DNA of 64,000 nucleotides from Trichoplax sp. H2 (Eukaryota): the NCBI GenBank assembly GCA_003344405.1, contig NOWV01000014.1, positions 558,001 to 622,000 on the forward strand. The letters run 5' to 3'. Shown piece by piece: positions 47,401 to 62,494 of the stretch. Under the pieces are notes generated by a model that did not search any database, had not been told where the DNA came from, and saw nothing but the letters and a program-made list of their open reading frames with translations. A program made the translations under genes and the position numbers. The stretch's first letter is position 1. Every line of letters begins with the position of its first letter.

Positions 47401-50400
47401 TTGGGATAGTTATCTTGGCTCAATTCGTTACCAATACATTATATGATTTGATGATTGCTATGATTATAATAATAAGTCTTATCAATTGAATAGCTCGTTA
47501 TCTTAATATGAGTAATTAAGATACAGCTTTAAATAAAGTTTCGATCTAATTAATGATTTACTGATAGTCAATGATTTGAGCCAGGATGAAATCATAACTA
47601 AATAGTTGATGAAAATAATCTAATGTAGCTTAAGTTAGGAGAAGAGATTGATGGTTAATTTGGTGGCAGTTTGTAGGATGAAGGAAATTATTCAGTAAGC
47701 TGAAGGGGTGGGGAAAATTAGCCAATAGACTGTAGTTTCCCCTTTTATGACAGGTGATCAACGCTATTGAAGACATCGGCAACAACACAGACGTCAAGAC
47801 ACAAAAAGATGGCAAAAATTAAAATATAAATTCAAACTGTCAATGTATTGAACGATTATTGGGATTTACTTGTCAAAACAAATCCTATCTAATACGGGAA
47901 TTATCCGATTTTAGCATTACTACAAATAACAACAACACTTTCTTCCTGTCATCATGGTGTTAGAATTGAAGAAAAACTAGCTTAATTCAAAATGGAATGA
48001 TCAGCTTAGTTTTATTGCGTTTATTCTTTAAAACTCAATTTAAAATTGATATCCAACTTATTTCTATAAACGACTACCATGATCCTTATTAGCGTCCTAT
48101 CCAATACGAAAAGAGATAACAATAACAGTACTGACAACGTCAGTAAAAGTTATTCTGTTCCATCTCTTTTCCCTGCTATAAATAACATAGCCATTCTACT
48201 TATTACTCGATATCAGTATTTAAATACATTAAGTATCTTCAACAGATCAGCCAATAAAGTCAAACGCGAAAGTTAAAATTACTTTTATGTAGATCAGAAG
48301 TAATTTACTCTGTCATCGCGTTACATCATCGATCATCATACAATGCAACGAGTTGATTATTCTAGTTTAACTAATTATGTTTTCTATTCATAGCTTTTAA
48401 TTTCTTTTGTAACAGTCTTCTAATATTGTAGCACGATAATTTTTAGCGCCATTGAAATTTGTGGATCATTTTTTAACGATCATAGAAAAATGGAGAAAAA
48501 ATGGTTTCGTTTTATGCATAGTTGTTCGTATCTGTACAGTTATTAAATAGGATATTTTATGGTAAATATAAATGATATGAAATGATTTGAAATTGAATAG
48601 CTTAAGCCAATAACTCGTTGCTTTTTTACGGCAAAGATAAGGTTGAAAACAATCATTTTTCATCTAACAAACAACAGCTTGCATCTCTATCCTAGATTTA
48701 TTTTAATATGAAGGAGATATAATCCTATGTGCATATAATTTATGTTTAAGAAATAGAAGACCCTTGCTATATGAAATTTTACTTGAAATCTAAGCCTAAT
48801 TTGGATTTTCGGCGTCACTATCGGTTGTTTATCGCTTTTTAACTATTTCTACTGGCTAAGCAAATAACAAAGATCAAATAGTTAAGAGCAGGTCTTTCTT
48901 TAATTTATTTTAATATAGATGGAGAGTACAAAGTTACGCCCTTATATTTAACATCATGTTAATCTTCCCTCTAATAACCTACTGAAAGCTATTATTCCTT
49001 CAAAAAAAGGATTGCTCATTAATAACGTAATTGGTCGTTATTAAAGTGAGAAATACTTGATGTCGCGTCATGTATGCTTATCTTTAGTTCGTTAATGACA
49101 TTAAAATAATGGATGGTCAATTTTTCTTGACTGGGTAAAGTTAATCAATACATTTTATGTCCAGAAGTAAAAGCAACACCTGGATAGACCCGATCCCAAA
49201 ATATGAGCTCGATAACGATGTTCATGCAAAGGATACATTGTTCAAAATAAATCTATGCACCCTTAATCAGATTAACACCGCAACTGTATACATTTCTACC
49301 TTCGTCATCATTTTACTTATTATCTATCGTAGAATTGTTTTGCATTTTACGAATGGGCTGAAATTAAATCAAACTTAACGGTATACAAATAATGATTAAA
49401 AATAGGTTCAAAGTCAATAAAACGGCAATAGCTATTAACGGAGGAGAGCAAACATTCCTCAGCTTAATTAGCAATAAAATTTAAACTGAATAAAATCGAG
49501 TAGTAACACTGTAGTCTGTAAGACAATAAATTCTCTGTAACGGAATTAAAGCAAGCTTAAAATTACTGCTACTAGACTATTTTTAATTGCTGAGAACTAG
49601 TCAAATTCTAACTGTATATCAACAAAAGTACACAATGAAGACCTAACGATGTACTAGCTATATACGGGTAATTGTGAAGCATACTAGAAGGATAAATCTT
49701 TAAATTCAATCTTAAAGTAATTGCTAGGAGTCTAGTACTAGTGATATTCGGAGTAAATAAATTTATATTAATCTAATTTTAATTTATGGGCCCGTATTGA
49801 GATGTACTCATCGGTTTCAGTTAATTAACGTGTCCAAGGCGTTGTATTATACTACATATTGCAATCTTGGGGCTGATAATTACTATATCGTCGCTACTAT
49901 GTTAGAATGATAATTAGGAAGCAAGGTAGAGCTACTAATAATTTCAAAAGTTAATATATAATATCGCTGCCTTGTGATAAATAGGATTTGCAATTAATAT
50001 CTAGATCAATATCGGCCATAGTATTTGATTAGAGAAATGGCCACGTAGGCAAATAATGAATTTATGGCGATTGTTATAAGCGAATTATATAAATGGTCAA
50101 ATCATTTAAAAATATCACTCTGACCATCTTTGTTAGAATAATTTAAGACGTAACTTGGTGCGAAAAACAAGAGTATCGATAACAGATAAATAATCATCGA
50201 TGATTCACGGGTATAAATCACGATTAAGCTAAATCAGGGTAGATTCTGATAATTGATAATCGTATTCTTCCGCATTCAAGTTATATCGATGAAATAGGAT
50301 TTTAAAGGTGTGCTCAATTGAGATTAATTTAATGGACTTAGAAGAATACTGAAAATAGCAATAAACTAACCTGTTGATTGAATGACATTTGGTGTTGGAA

Positions 50401-50473
50401 TTTCCAAACCGTTTTGCAGCTTGGGTGATAGAACCATAAGAATGAAAATAGTTATCCATGATTTGTCAATCAT
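35441..50473 (-). CDS. SEMA5: Semaphorin-5 (signal peptide, Sema, PSI, 7 thrombospondin repeats, TM, short tail), 23 exons, about 1088 aa: 50371-50473, 44717-44810, 44503-44548, 44070-44141, 42598-42696, 42285-42375, 40792-40914, 40359-40447, 40119-40151, 39827-39935, 39592-39649, 39337-39469, 38927-39146, 38740-38819, 38593-38640, 38367-38443, 38209-38283, 38077-38129, 37868-37990, 37592-37747, 36909-37454, 36191-36559, 35441-35910
   Basis: Sema motifs: [33 protein letters not shown] and [21 protein letters not shown]. TSRs carry WSxWSxCS..CG.G...R.R.C, plus the class-5 degenerate [11 protein letters not shown]...[33 protein letters not shown]. All junctions are phase-consistent (3267 nt). 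Exon 1 ([17 protein letters not shown]..., ending G|GTTAGT) is the least certain. Confidence 0.93.
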
Positions 50474-53400
50474 CTTGGCCTTGTTGATCTTCCTTGCTTA
50501 CTTATCACTTTCCGTCACTTTTTACACTCGATGTTGTGACAACTCAGGACAACAACAGGTTTTGTATATGAATAAGGCCGGACAAAACTAGAATGGGCCA
50601 AGTTAATCAATAGAGCAACTGGTTGAGCCAAAAAAATGATGACAGGGGGTAGTGAATAAAAGCCAGTAATAATAGTGATGCTGTCTTTTAAACTGAAGAC
50701 AAAGATATTACAGTGGAGGTTATGGCTGATTAAAAGAATTGGTCCCCAAAAGTCATTGATTCAGAATTGGTAATAGTAAGATGATATATAGCGTAAGGTA
50801 ATCTCGTCGTCGTCGATTGTTAGTCCAAGGAGAAAAGAGAGAGAAAAATTTTTTAGACAATAAATGATACTTTCGATGTAGCCAACGATCGATAATTTTC
50901 CATCCAATAGATCATGGGAATAGAATAAATTTGTACAGTGGTGACGGCTATTCTAGTATAGATTGAATTAATTTATTTAATTCTATCAAGATAATTAAAT
51001 AATTTAAGAAGGCAGTCTAGTAAAGTCCAAGAGGGTAGATGGCGATGTTAATGATGTAATAGAGTGTTGCGCTTGACTAGATCGCTCCTTGCCAATGACT
51101 TGTAATAATGTGAAGGTATGTGCGTGTGTATATGTTTATAAATGTCGGTTCAATGCTTTCTTCCTGTTGACTCTACCTGTATCACATGAATAAGTTGATT
51201 TTTCTAACAACATACTAATCAGTTAACGTAGAGAAACAAGCGATAACCAGTCGTCAATGGGAGGGAGCTCCTATTTGTTGATCTAACCCCACATTCTTTT
51301 AAGGAATCAACGGTAACGACAATAGTTATAAGTCTATTCAATGCAATACAATCAATAATAATGGAAAAGACAATCAATAGATAAGAATATCTTTAAACAA
51401 TAGATAACATTGATTGAATAGTGGCATTGCTATTGGCAAGAGAAAATGACATGCATAGTCTAGACAGGCGTTTCAATGCATCTTAACTTGATGCAACATT
51501 CAAGTAATATACAGTCAAGCCGTGATGACGTCCAATGGACATTTTTTCAATTTCTCGAGCTGATTTAAAAAAAACCACCTGTTGATATATCATAACAATT
51601 CAAATTAGCTCCATAGACGATCATAAATAATCAATATGATTGATTTCTCAAATCAGTATTACTGTTTATCTTCTTCATAAGATGACATTAATGGAATAGA
51701 TACTAAGCCATTAACTAGCTAGTAGTACTCATGATACATGCTATTCCAATCATTGTCTTTGTTTAATTAATTAACGATATAAATCAAGCCAGGAACTAGT
51801 GGGCTTGCTGACTAGTACAGTTGATGAATCTAATCAAAATTAAAACAAGAAATAAAACGCATCTTATTTATCAGTTATTTCATCAAAATAGTACTGTAAT
51901 CTAATTGCATATTATATAATTATCTATTCCTTATGATGCCGTTCATTTATCGTCGTAAAATCGGTCTGATTACAGTTATTGACGTGTAGAATCTTAGTGT
52001 GTAGCAGTTACAGAGTAGATGTAGTAATACGGTACTCTTTATGTTTATTCGAAGTACGCTAGCAATATTAATATAAATATCTTGATTAAAAGGTGAAAAC
52101 GGATATGTGCTATTTATTGGCTTTAATGTTATAGGTTCAACTTGGATAAGTGAAATTGATGTTAAGATAATTATAATTCATTGAGAATAATAAATTAGCG
52201 AAAGTAGAGAATTTCAACGGTTATGTCGCTATTAAAGTTTATGCTTTGTTAAAAATCTTGAGGCGGTTGTGGGAGAGTACACTAAATTAAGGGTTATTTA
52301 TTTAGAAAGGTAAAATTCGCTCGTATTTACTTCCAGGACACAGGAGAAGCTTATTTAAATGCTACCATTGATACTAAATCAAATTAATGTTGCAAGAACT
52401 TTATATCCAAGCAGGATATTATGGAAAGATCATCGATCAGGCGGTATATGACCGAAATACTCTAGTTAATAGTACACTGAGTAAGATTCCGTGAGATGAT
52501 AGATGCTTGCCTTTAATTTCGCTGAAGCTAGATTAAGTATACAGTATGCAATTAGCATATAGTGATTTAGTGATCAATAAAAAAGGTTGATGATCTAATT
52601 ATCTGTAATGCTGTATTGATAGCAATATCATCGTGACGATGAATACGAATTTGCGTCATGAAAGTGGTACTTAAAATGATAATAATACATTACTTCAAGC
52701 TGTATTCAACTAAATGATTAGATCACTATGACTTTTACCATGAGATTGGATAATAAAAAGGTTAAATGATTGAGAGGAAAGAGGGTATAGTATATCATCA
52801 AGTAGATGAGGATAAAAGAAGGCCATATTCAATCATGACTGTCATGAATAATCATTAATATTTTTTTCATTTGTTTTTCTATTGAATCAACTCCGCTATC
52901 AAAATGAAAACATGACTAATCAATGTGATAGACTATGATAAATTATACTCATACTGCTTTTAATCGTTAGTAGGATGTATCTGTCATAATGAGTATAATA
53001 CAATCATTAATAACAGTAGAATACAATGTTGGTAGCATCAAGTTATGATTGAATAACGAGGTGAAAGATAGATGCCTCGATTCATCGAAGAGTTAATGAT
53101 ATAATTACTATATCAATTATATCATTATCGATCGTTATTATGTTATCTGATCGTAATTAAACTAAGTTTTAAACTTTAATTGGGTACTTTTTAAAATAAT
53201 TTAATCGTAAAAAATATAAATTTATTTCTTGTCCCTTAAAAATAACAAGAGGGCATAAGCTATCCGATTATCGATTTAAATTAGTTATTATCGTTGGTTA
53301 GTATTATATGAAGGTTAATAAATTATTCTTTCTTTCTTTTATTCCTTTGATTTTGGTAGATCTGTTTTGTCCCTCTCCTTTTCTCTACTTTTCTATTCTG

Positions 53401-56400
53401 ATGATGCTTATTCGTCAGTTTTATCCATATTCGTCATCTCATTTGAATATAAAGCCAATGATAATAGCTGTGCCGTGACCGATAGAAAAGCAAAAAGTTA
53501 TTGATCTGTCTTCTTAAGTCAATGGTATAGCTATGAATGGAGAAAATAACAGGCATAGGTCGATCGATGTCGATTGTATTAGGTAAATGATTGTTATCTA
53601 TTGAAATCATCTGTTCCTCTATCCCTGACTGATAACTTATGATAAGCTTTTAATCTTGTAGCTTTGTTATCGGCATATCAAAGTACTAACTCAGTTATTG
53701 TTCATATTTTGACAGTTAATTTCAATAGCTGATTGTTTCTTTCTAGCTATTGAAATAGCCATTGATTCCAATATAGGATAGGAAGAAAGAGATTTAAGTC
53801 CAATAGAAAAATGATCATCATTAAATATAACCATAACAATAAATGTTGTATTCATATGACGATTAAATGATGGCATGCCAATCCAACTTGATCGTTATAT
53901 TTTCAACTCATGTTCAATAGCTATCAACAATATCGATCTAATATAATAAAAATGATGTTAAATGCATTGATAATTGCAAAATCCTTTCCATACTTCATCG
54001 TTAAAACAGAAAAAAAGGAATTTGTACTTCATTCTAATTATTGGCTGTTTTTAATTAATGGCAACCATCATAACGCAGCTAGCCTATTGTATTGACGAAA
54101 GAAATTCAAAAGCATACACGTTGACTTCAATTTAAAATTGTAATTACTTCATGTCATGATTGTTTAAGATACTCATAAACGATTAATAAAATGGTAAAAT
54201 ATTTCAAATTTTGTATTTGATAATCGTAATATGCTCTATCAACCTATTACATCTATTTGACTACGTCAATTTTCTATTCTAAACAATGATATTAAATGTT
54301 GCGTAGAAAGAATCAAAAGTAAAAATTAAAAAAATTAGAATAAATTTCTTTTTTCATACAATATAATAGTATTTTCAGTTATGAAGTTCAGACTGAAAAA
54401 ATTGGAGGTTATCTTTACTATTTCTCTATTTCGATTTGTCTATTTTTGGCAATAACCTTAAAATCGCCTGATTTCGATCAGGTTATCAAGTTGTTACATT
54501 AAATATTAGCTACCCTATCTATTTTTATTGTTTCTACTGTTTAGCTTATCAATTTTAGTCTATATATTACATCTAAATAATCAAATATTTTTTTGACCAG
54601 AGCAATAAAATTCTGCTATTTTCTATTGCAAACGTTACCAGTATGATATTATACAATTGAATTTCAAGTTAATTATCTATCATGATTGTTATATCTTCGT
54701 AAGGTAGGACCTAACGAGCCAAGATATTATTTTGTATCATCAATTAATTATCATCGCGTGTTTTCTTGTCCTCATAACAAAGCCTGACCGTCCGTGAGGG
54801 AAGAGGACAAAGACACAAGTCTTTTATGCATCGTGTAGGAACGTCAGTTGTTTCACGCGCACCATCGAATTAGTTATTGCAATCAATGAATCAATCAGTA
54901 GATTCTTTCCATAGTTCTCTATTGATCTATTTGTTAATTTTGATGATTAGCAAGAGAACGATAGCCCCGTTGTTATATTGATAGCGTTTGTCGTTTGAAC
55001 CAACGGTAACAAGTTGGTAAACATAATGACATCTTTAAGTTACTTTAACCATTAACGTTGCCTGTCCTCTGTAACAGTCAGTATATGAGCTCGTACATTC
55101 AGCATAGCAATAGAATGCATTTAAAATGAGACCGTACTGTTCTACATTTATTGATAATTGTAGGATGAAAATTATGTAATTAATCTCTGGGTTAACTATA
55201 CTTTGAAGAGAAAGATATTGCGTTCAAGTGATTTCAATTTATTGAATCTTAATTTTAATGCAGTCTTGATTCCCATTATTTTGATGTAAGTACCAAGCTT
55301 AGCAAGTAATTGAAACTGAATTTTTTACTTTTTCATTTATTGACAATGATGCCCTCTAACGGCCGTTAGAGCCATCACCTATTACACTGTTGACGTAACC
55401 ATAAGCGATATGAGAACAAACATATGCGGCGAGTCAGAAGAACAATACAAATAAATACAATTTTTGACCGTCATGACTAGAATAACTTTCATTAACTGTT
55501 ATATTTATCCGATAAGACAATACAATATTAAGAACAAGCTTTCTGACTATCACTATATTAATAATGACAATGATAATTATCATAACCGCAATTAATTTTC
55601 CGATTAGTTATAGTAACTGTAACAGCGGCTGTAAGAAATGAGCTAACAACTGATTTATTATCTTCTACAGTAAAAGGTCATACATCAATATCGAATGATT
55701 TTATTACCCAAATGAGGATATAACCAACGCGAGGGCAATGACACTTAAAATAGTCTCCACTTTAGCGTTTGTCGTACTTTCGTCTTTGTCCATCATAGCT
55801 AATAAGGATATTTCGAATCAGTACAGTAGCGGTTATTCTTATCAATAATCATTATTGAGATGGTGGAGTGGATTAATTATAATTAATTATTGATGAGATG
55901 TAAACTTGATGATAATAACGAGGTGATTCCTTTACAAAGGTAGTTATCAATTATTGTATCATTTTCATTCCCATAAAAAGATTAGAATGACGGACTTTTT
56001 TCTCCTGTCTATGATGACGGTATTAATCGCCTTATTTTCATATCGTAAACGATGCCCTCAGCCTTTTTTACTTCATATTTCAATCCGTCATATTTTCTCC
56101 TTAATGCATCATTTTTTAGATTTAACATTTTATAAGCAGCATTAAGTTGTGACAAAAAGGAAGCTATTTTAATAGGTCGCTGATAATCTTCGTGGATTAC
56201 ACAGTTGACAGCAATCCTTGTCTAAAGTTTGCAATATACGGAAAAGTAATCATAATTAGAATATGAATGGCGAAGAATAACTTTCAAGCTAGAAATAATA
56301 ATATATCATAATTACTGTCAATCTTACTAATTCCGCGGGCAATAATAATACTCCTTGTAAGTAATCTTCGAGGGTAATATGGAAACCATCAGCTTTGTCC

Positions 56401-59400
56401 GTACTTACTAAAGTTTTATTAATAAAGGCAGGTACGGTAAAAATTAAGCAATAGAATATAAAAGATCTTTATTGACCAGTAATAGTACAACTTGATGTCC
56501 AGTTAGTTTACAGGAGGTACATCACAAGTTTAAAGATGACTAAAAAATTATAACATTGTTTAAGCAATGCCGTCACTAATTAGTACCAGATGTCCGATTA
56601 CAAAAACATTCTACATCGTTCTGTAAACTTACACCTACTTCATAATAGTTAATTAAACTAAGAGTTTTTAACTATTTAATTAGTTTCTAGTCGTAAAATA
56701 TACATAACAGATAATTCAATTCAAAGCGAGCATACCATAAATAACAATATCGTAAATTAGGTTACCTCCCAGTAATTGCGCAACTTGATCCCGCGTTACT
56801 AAAGTATCTTCTTCCATATAGATAATTAAACTACATTGAAATACTAAATTTTGCATGATGTGATGCCAGTGATCGGCATACCTAAGACGAAAGATAATAT
56901 AACCAACTGTAATATCACGTTAATTAAGGCAATTAATGAGATAATATGAATAAGTCTATTGTCAGCGAAAACAATTTATTTTGTCGAACTGAGCCCTTAA
57001 AATAACACCTTTCATTCTACCTGTAATAATCCGATAGAGGAAAAGTTTTTTGCAATCCAGTTATATCTTCTTTGACTTTTGAGAATAATTTTCTGGCATG
57101 ATTACATATCTCTGTCACTAAGAAAGTCCAAGGAAATAGCACCAATTAATATACGACAGACATAAAAATCATATTTATTTGAACATTCCATCATCTATTC
57201 TCCACCCACAACCAATCTAGCCATCGATGATGACAACTCATTAGCAAGATGTTATTATTACAAATTATATTACAGTCGATAAATCAATCATAGGTGAAGG
57301 CTATTTATGAAATGGAGTTCAAGTATAAGCCGCCCAACTACGATATTGTCCTGAGTGTATTATAAACAGTAACGTTATTGATGACGTTGACGTGATATAC
57401 GAATATGAAGGGTAATACTGATTAATTTTATTTAGCTTAGAAGAATTTGGCTGATTTTATATAGGGCGAATGACTAATTATAATGTAACAAAAACTGTAC
57501 ATGTATCTTAATGTCGATGTGGAAATGATTTGTTACAAATGAGTGTTAAAGTAACAAAATTTTCGAAGTTACGGTAGGCCTAACCTTTATTTCCAACCGT
57601 CACATACATGCGAAAAATCGTTGTATTCAATTACCAGACCATTTTAATTACCCAGTAAAACGAACCATCGACTTGTGTATACACAATCATTAAATGACTA
57701 ATTGACCTTGGGTCAATAAAAGCATGACGGAAATAGGCTATTGCCATTGCTATCATCTCTTATAGTTATGATACGATAAACGATTCTAAAATTACTCAAT
57801 TAGGCGAAGTAGAACAACATTACGTTTCCTTACTATCGTAACAAACATGTGGATCGATACTACTTCAAGATTGTCATCCTGACAATCATTTTAGCAATTA
57901 TTTTAATTTTATAGTATTAGCTTCGCAAGAATAAGAACTGCAATTATTACCCGAGTCCAAGTCGTAATTGATTTTCACCTCGGGCAATATTTTCGTCCAT
58001 AACAATAGCTAACAATAACTTCGAGTCCATTGTTGTTCTTGAATAGTGAAAATATTTGTCCAAGTATTACTAGCAACAATAGGTCATGATTTGACTAAAT
58101 TGAGGTTAATCTAACCAACAATATTAAATCTAGATGCCATAGGCATTATACTGTCGTTACTCTACTAACTACTAGTCGATTATAACTCATTGAAATCCTT
58201 GAAATTTTCAAGTACATACGATGGATGAATTATTTATTATACAATTGACACAGTGATCTTTTTATATCTCTTGTGTTAATAATTGTAATCAAACGGAATA
58301 CAATCTTGCGAATAGTGCGATATAAACAGTCGTAAACTATATTTCTTTACATCTACAACCCTCTGGTTTACATTATCGCATTACGGAGGAGGACAATCAA
58401 TTTAAATTTCATGGGGCTACGATAATGTTTAAAACGGTCATGGAAGAAAGTCGTTATCACGGCAATTGTTTTGACAAAGGATCGTTAAAAATTTTTTAAA
58501 TTAGACGCAAACTTTCTCTCTATTAAAACAATAAGAGGATAATAATATCTATTATGCATTTACCTAAGCTTAGGCAATTCGATCAAATTAATTAGAGCGT
58601 TACAGTATACTCTAAAGCGCTTTTTTCTTGTCGATCGTTTAAAATTTACCCTCCTAGAGGAGAATATCCTTACTCCTTACCAAATATAACTATAGATTCG
58701 ATATTAACGCCATAGCATCTTTAACTACCCTTTCATGATCCATTATTACAGGTTATAGTTTTGGATATTCCACTAAGATTAAAATTGGATAGGATAACTG
58801 TCTATAGTATGCGCAGTAACGATGTGACCGTTATGCTATGTACTTACAGTACTACTATATTGTACAGGGTACAGTAGGGTATGGCGTACCCGAATACAAA
58901 ATTCATTCGGTCGCTAGGCAACATATCTGCACATTTTAGTACGACACACCTCGCCAATTAATGCAGTAGTATGATTCGAAGAATTTATTTAATATTGGAA
59001 TTCTCTCCAGTGATTCCAATATTGATATACCCAACCCTGGAAATAACAGAAATACTTAACAGATTTCCTTCTGCAGAAAATCATTTTTCATATACTTACA
59101 AAAGAGAGGCAAAAAACGAGCCGTACAGCTCTTAATCGCACATTATAGTAGTACAGTATAGCACTATACGTGCATATTACATACCCGATATCTAAGTAAC
59201 AAATGCTATCAAAATTTACACTACAAACTTTTACAGATAATGTACCAACGTCCCTGATTTCCGTCAGTGTTAATTAACGCACCACCATTTCTGTTACATT
59301 TATATTTAAATATCTACAAAGTACTTCGATGCAAGCATAGAATCTGCAGATACGTATAAACAATTCTTAACTTTCGGATGCCTATATCATGAAGCCTTTA

Positions 59401-60585
59401 GTCATAGTTAAAATGTTATTGTTATTCAGCTTTATTTTATTTACACTATATGAAAGTAATGAACGCACTAACATATTATAACTTTAGTTGCAGAATAATT
59501 GCCATAGGTAACAATTTTAGTTTAATTAACCCATGCAATTATGAACCCTAGAAGCCGGTGTCCCTGATCGGGCCCCGTTTCAAAAGGTATGAAAAGTTTT
59601 AGGTGACAAACGATATTTCATTAATTTTGGTACTCCTAGAAGCTGTTAATAAGGAATTAACGAAAATTTTATAGTCACTTTATCCGAATCAATATGGTAT
59701 GTACTGTATACGAGTACACTTGTCTGTACTGTAGTAGTATTAAATTCCTGTTGTATTATTAAGGCAAATTTCTAAACGCTTCGTAGAATGTGATAAAACC
59801 TCCATTAACTCAAGATGCCCTACATCTTTTTGTTCACTAGCTAATATAATGATAGAAGATTACCTAAGTTGATTCCTGATCGGATCAGCTCATCTAAATA
59901 TATGCCCAATACTGTACAATCGTATAGAAAAATATTATTGATATGCCACATTTGTTATAAACCCGAAAAACGTCTATTGTCATTGCTAGGGAAATGTCAA
60001 TAAGAATCTTACTCGTTTTATATAGCAGTTTTTGCACAGCTAAAATTAGCGAAGATTAAATTAAGATTTTTAAATGGTTTCATATTACCGGTACAAGCAT
60101 CAGTATGCCAATTTTTGTAATTTAAAGATCTAGATTGCAATATATTAGGTTCAAAGGTGGACAAAATATTTTGGTGGCCGCCGATGTACAAGGATTTTCA
60201 TTCATTCGGTTTTTTATATAACTACTGTAATTGCCTATATATTACCGATAAATTATTGATTCCCTATATGCAAAACCCAGGACTATGTGAGCTACGAAGT
60301 GAATACATAAGGTAGAACAAAGTGATCTAAAGATAGATACGAATTTGGTCATAAAAAATTTAAATTTGACCTCGTTACGGGCGGTAAGCATTATACGGGT
60401 ATACGCGTGCACAAGTATTTCGATCTATTTAGATGAATAGAACACGGTATAACTTCAGATGGTTCAAAGCCGCAGGTACTCGTAGACTGATAGATATTGT
60501 GAAAAAAATAGCGATTTGTTAAATCTGTAACTAGATACACAGCCATGTTCATTACTTTATGGTTTACAGCGTTTGTAATCCTAGT

Positions 60586-62269
60586 TTAAAAGATCGCTAA
60601 TATAGCTGTGATAATACTGAGTAGTATATCGCACCTAGACATGAAATGGTGAATTATAGGAGTAATAGAAGTAACTAAAGAAAAGCACGCAAATTTTTTA
60701 AAGTATGGTATATCAATGTACATAGGTACAGAATATTATCGAGTAATTTAAAGCTTACCGTAATCAGCTGTTGTATTTTGATGAAAGTTTTGCAATTCGT
60801 TAAAGATGGCTTCGGATGTTGCTTCCAGCTTATCGACTGCAGCCTTTACTTGCTATAGGTTGTTAAAGAGGAGGATATCAACTGATTAAGGAGTTGGTCG
60901 TAATTATAATAATATTCATAAACGATTTTATATCTGTACGCAACATAATATAGTACTGATATCAGTCGTCCCTAAATCGATTTATACATAATTATTTTCA
61001 TCATGCCAAATTTATGTACTTCTAGTTTACGATCAATATTTATAAATATACGGGTCCTGTATGTTAATTACTAGGTTTGTTTGAAATTTATGTACAGGAT
61101 GTACAAAATTATGAGCCTACAGCAATTTTGCTTGTACAGTAGCGTCGCTTTCGGTCGTTCATATAAAATCTGAGCACCACACACAGCTAGTCAAGGTCTA
61201 CTTAAACAATGTGATGGGTAATATATCTACATAGCCATCTTTAATTTAGAGTTTGCAACATGCAGGTGTCAGATTACAGTAATGGCTCCTGATATAAGAT
61301 TATACCTTAATTTATCGCATAGCTACGCAAAGTACCACTTCCTAAATTTTTTTTCGTAAAATAGACGACTCTGACAGTACCTTGCATGGATGCATGCAAC
61401 ATAGCTTGATAATGGATGCTCGTAGTATGCATGAAACTAGAACTTTCGGATTAACTTGATCCAAACTTTCTACTGTTATGATAGGCAATACAGCAAGATA
61501 TCGTTCTGACTGTTTCTGGTCTGGAGTTTGCTTGCTATATCGAGCTATCAGATCGTGCATATCAACTCTTCCAGTTTGCATCTACTTTGGCGCGGTGTAG
61601 CAACATTCCTGCAGGCAGAATGCACGTGCACCAATTCCTGTACATTGCATAGAGCTTAGTAAAGTGAGCTCCTTGTTTGTTTGCTTTTACTGCTTGCCAA
61701 TATAGTAATACTCGTATACCGATGTGATTGTTTGAATCTTAATTAAACCCTGGGATTAGACTAGCTAGCTGCTAACATCAATTTTCCAAGATTGCATCCT
61801 ATAGTTGTACTTGTGCAAGAAAATAGTTTTAACTTTATGCGATACGTGCTTGGAAGTGGATAAACCAACAATGTTGCATAATGTATTAAACTGCAGACTG
61901 CAATGCAAGACACCGATATTGGCAAGTCTTGGCAGTAGCGAGTTTACTTCATTATTCTGCTATCAAATGCATGATTCGTTCGGTATGATACAGTAATAGG
62001 GGTAGGATCAGCTACAGAAGGAAATCTTCAAGTAGATCGAGAAGGACAACAAATTTAACGTTGCATATGCGACCGTTATGTACTACCCACTGATGAACAT
62101 TTTAAGCTGAACATTGTGCTGATAGAACCTAGTATAGCAATCAATTTTAACTACTATGACGCTGTCAAGCTATAGTAGCTCCTTTTCTAACCTCCTTAAC
62201 AGAATGCAAGGTATCCAACTCCAGCTTGAGTTCGTTAAATGCAGCTTCCACACTTTCTTTGGAATCCAT
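60586..62269 (-). CDS. TSN: translin-like protein, apparently truncated (or a pseudogene); exons 62192-62269 and 60759-60852, tentative third exon 60586-60674
   Basis: MDSKESVEAAFNELKLELDTLHSVKE|QVKAAVDKLEATSEAIFNELQNFHQNTTADY aligns without gaps to the translin N-terminus as I recall it (SVSEIFVELQGFLAAEQDIRE|EIRKVVQSLEQTAREILTLLQGVHQ). Splice sites are good (GAG|GTTAGA, CTATAG|, G|GTAAGC). Downstream translin motifs were not found. Confidence 0.5.
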
Positions 62270-62494
62270 TTCCTGATTCAAGATTGATATACTGGTGTTC
62301 AAGAAGAATAGAAGAAGGTATTACTTAATACAGGTTCAGCTTTCTTCCTTAGCTATATCAAAAGTTCTAAAGTTTCTATGGGTTGCCAAGCGTAGTTTCT
62401 GTACTCTACCTACTAAAATTCCAGCGGTTTACCACGGTATATTGATGTATCATACAGTACTACCCAGGCTATAGTTACTTCTATTAAAGTAAGG

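Noticed and set aside
50382-50591. 69-aa + strand ORF with a hydrophobic segment
   Set aside because: It is antisense to the SEMA5 signal-peptide exon, which has a good donor and the correct phase.
60013-60039. 27-nt candidate third exon (AVQKLLYKT) for the translin-like gene
   Set aside because: The phase is compatible, but I could not link it to any further translin-like exon, so it is unsupported.
61342-61581. 79-aa - strand ORF inside the translin-like intron
   Set aside because: It has a poor acceptor context and no translin similarity, and the flanking exons already join in frame without it.
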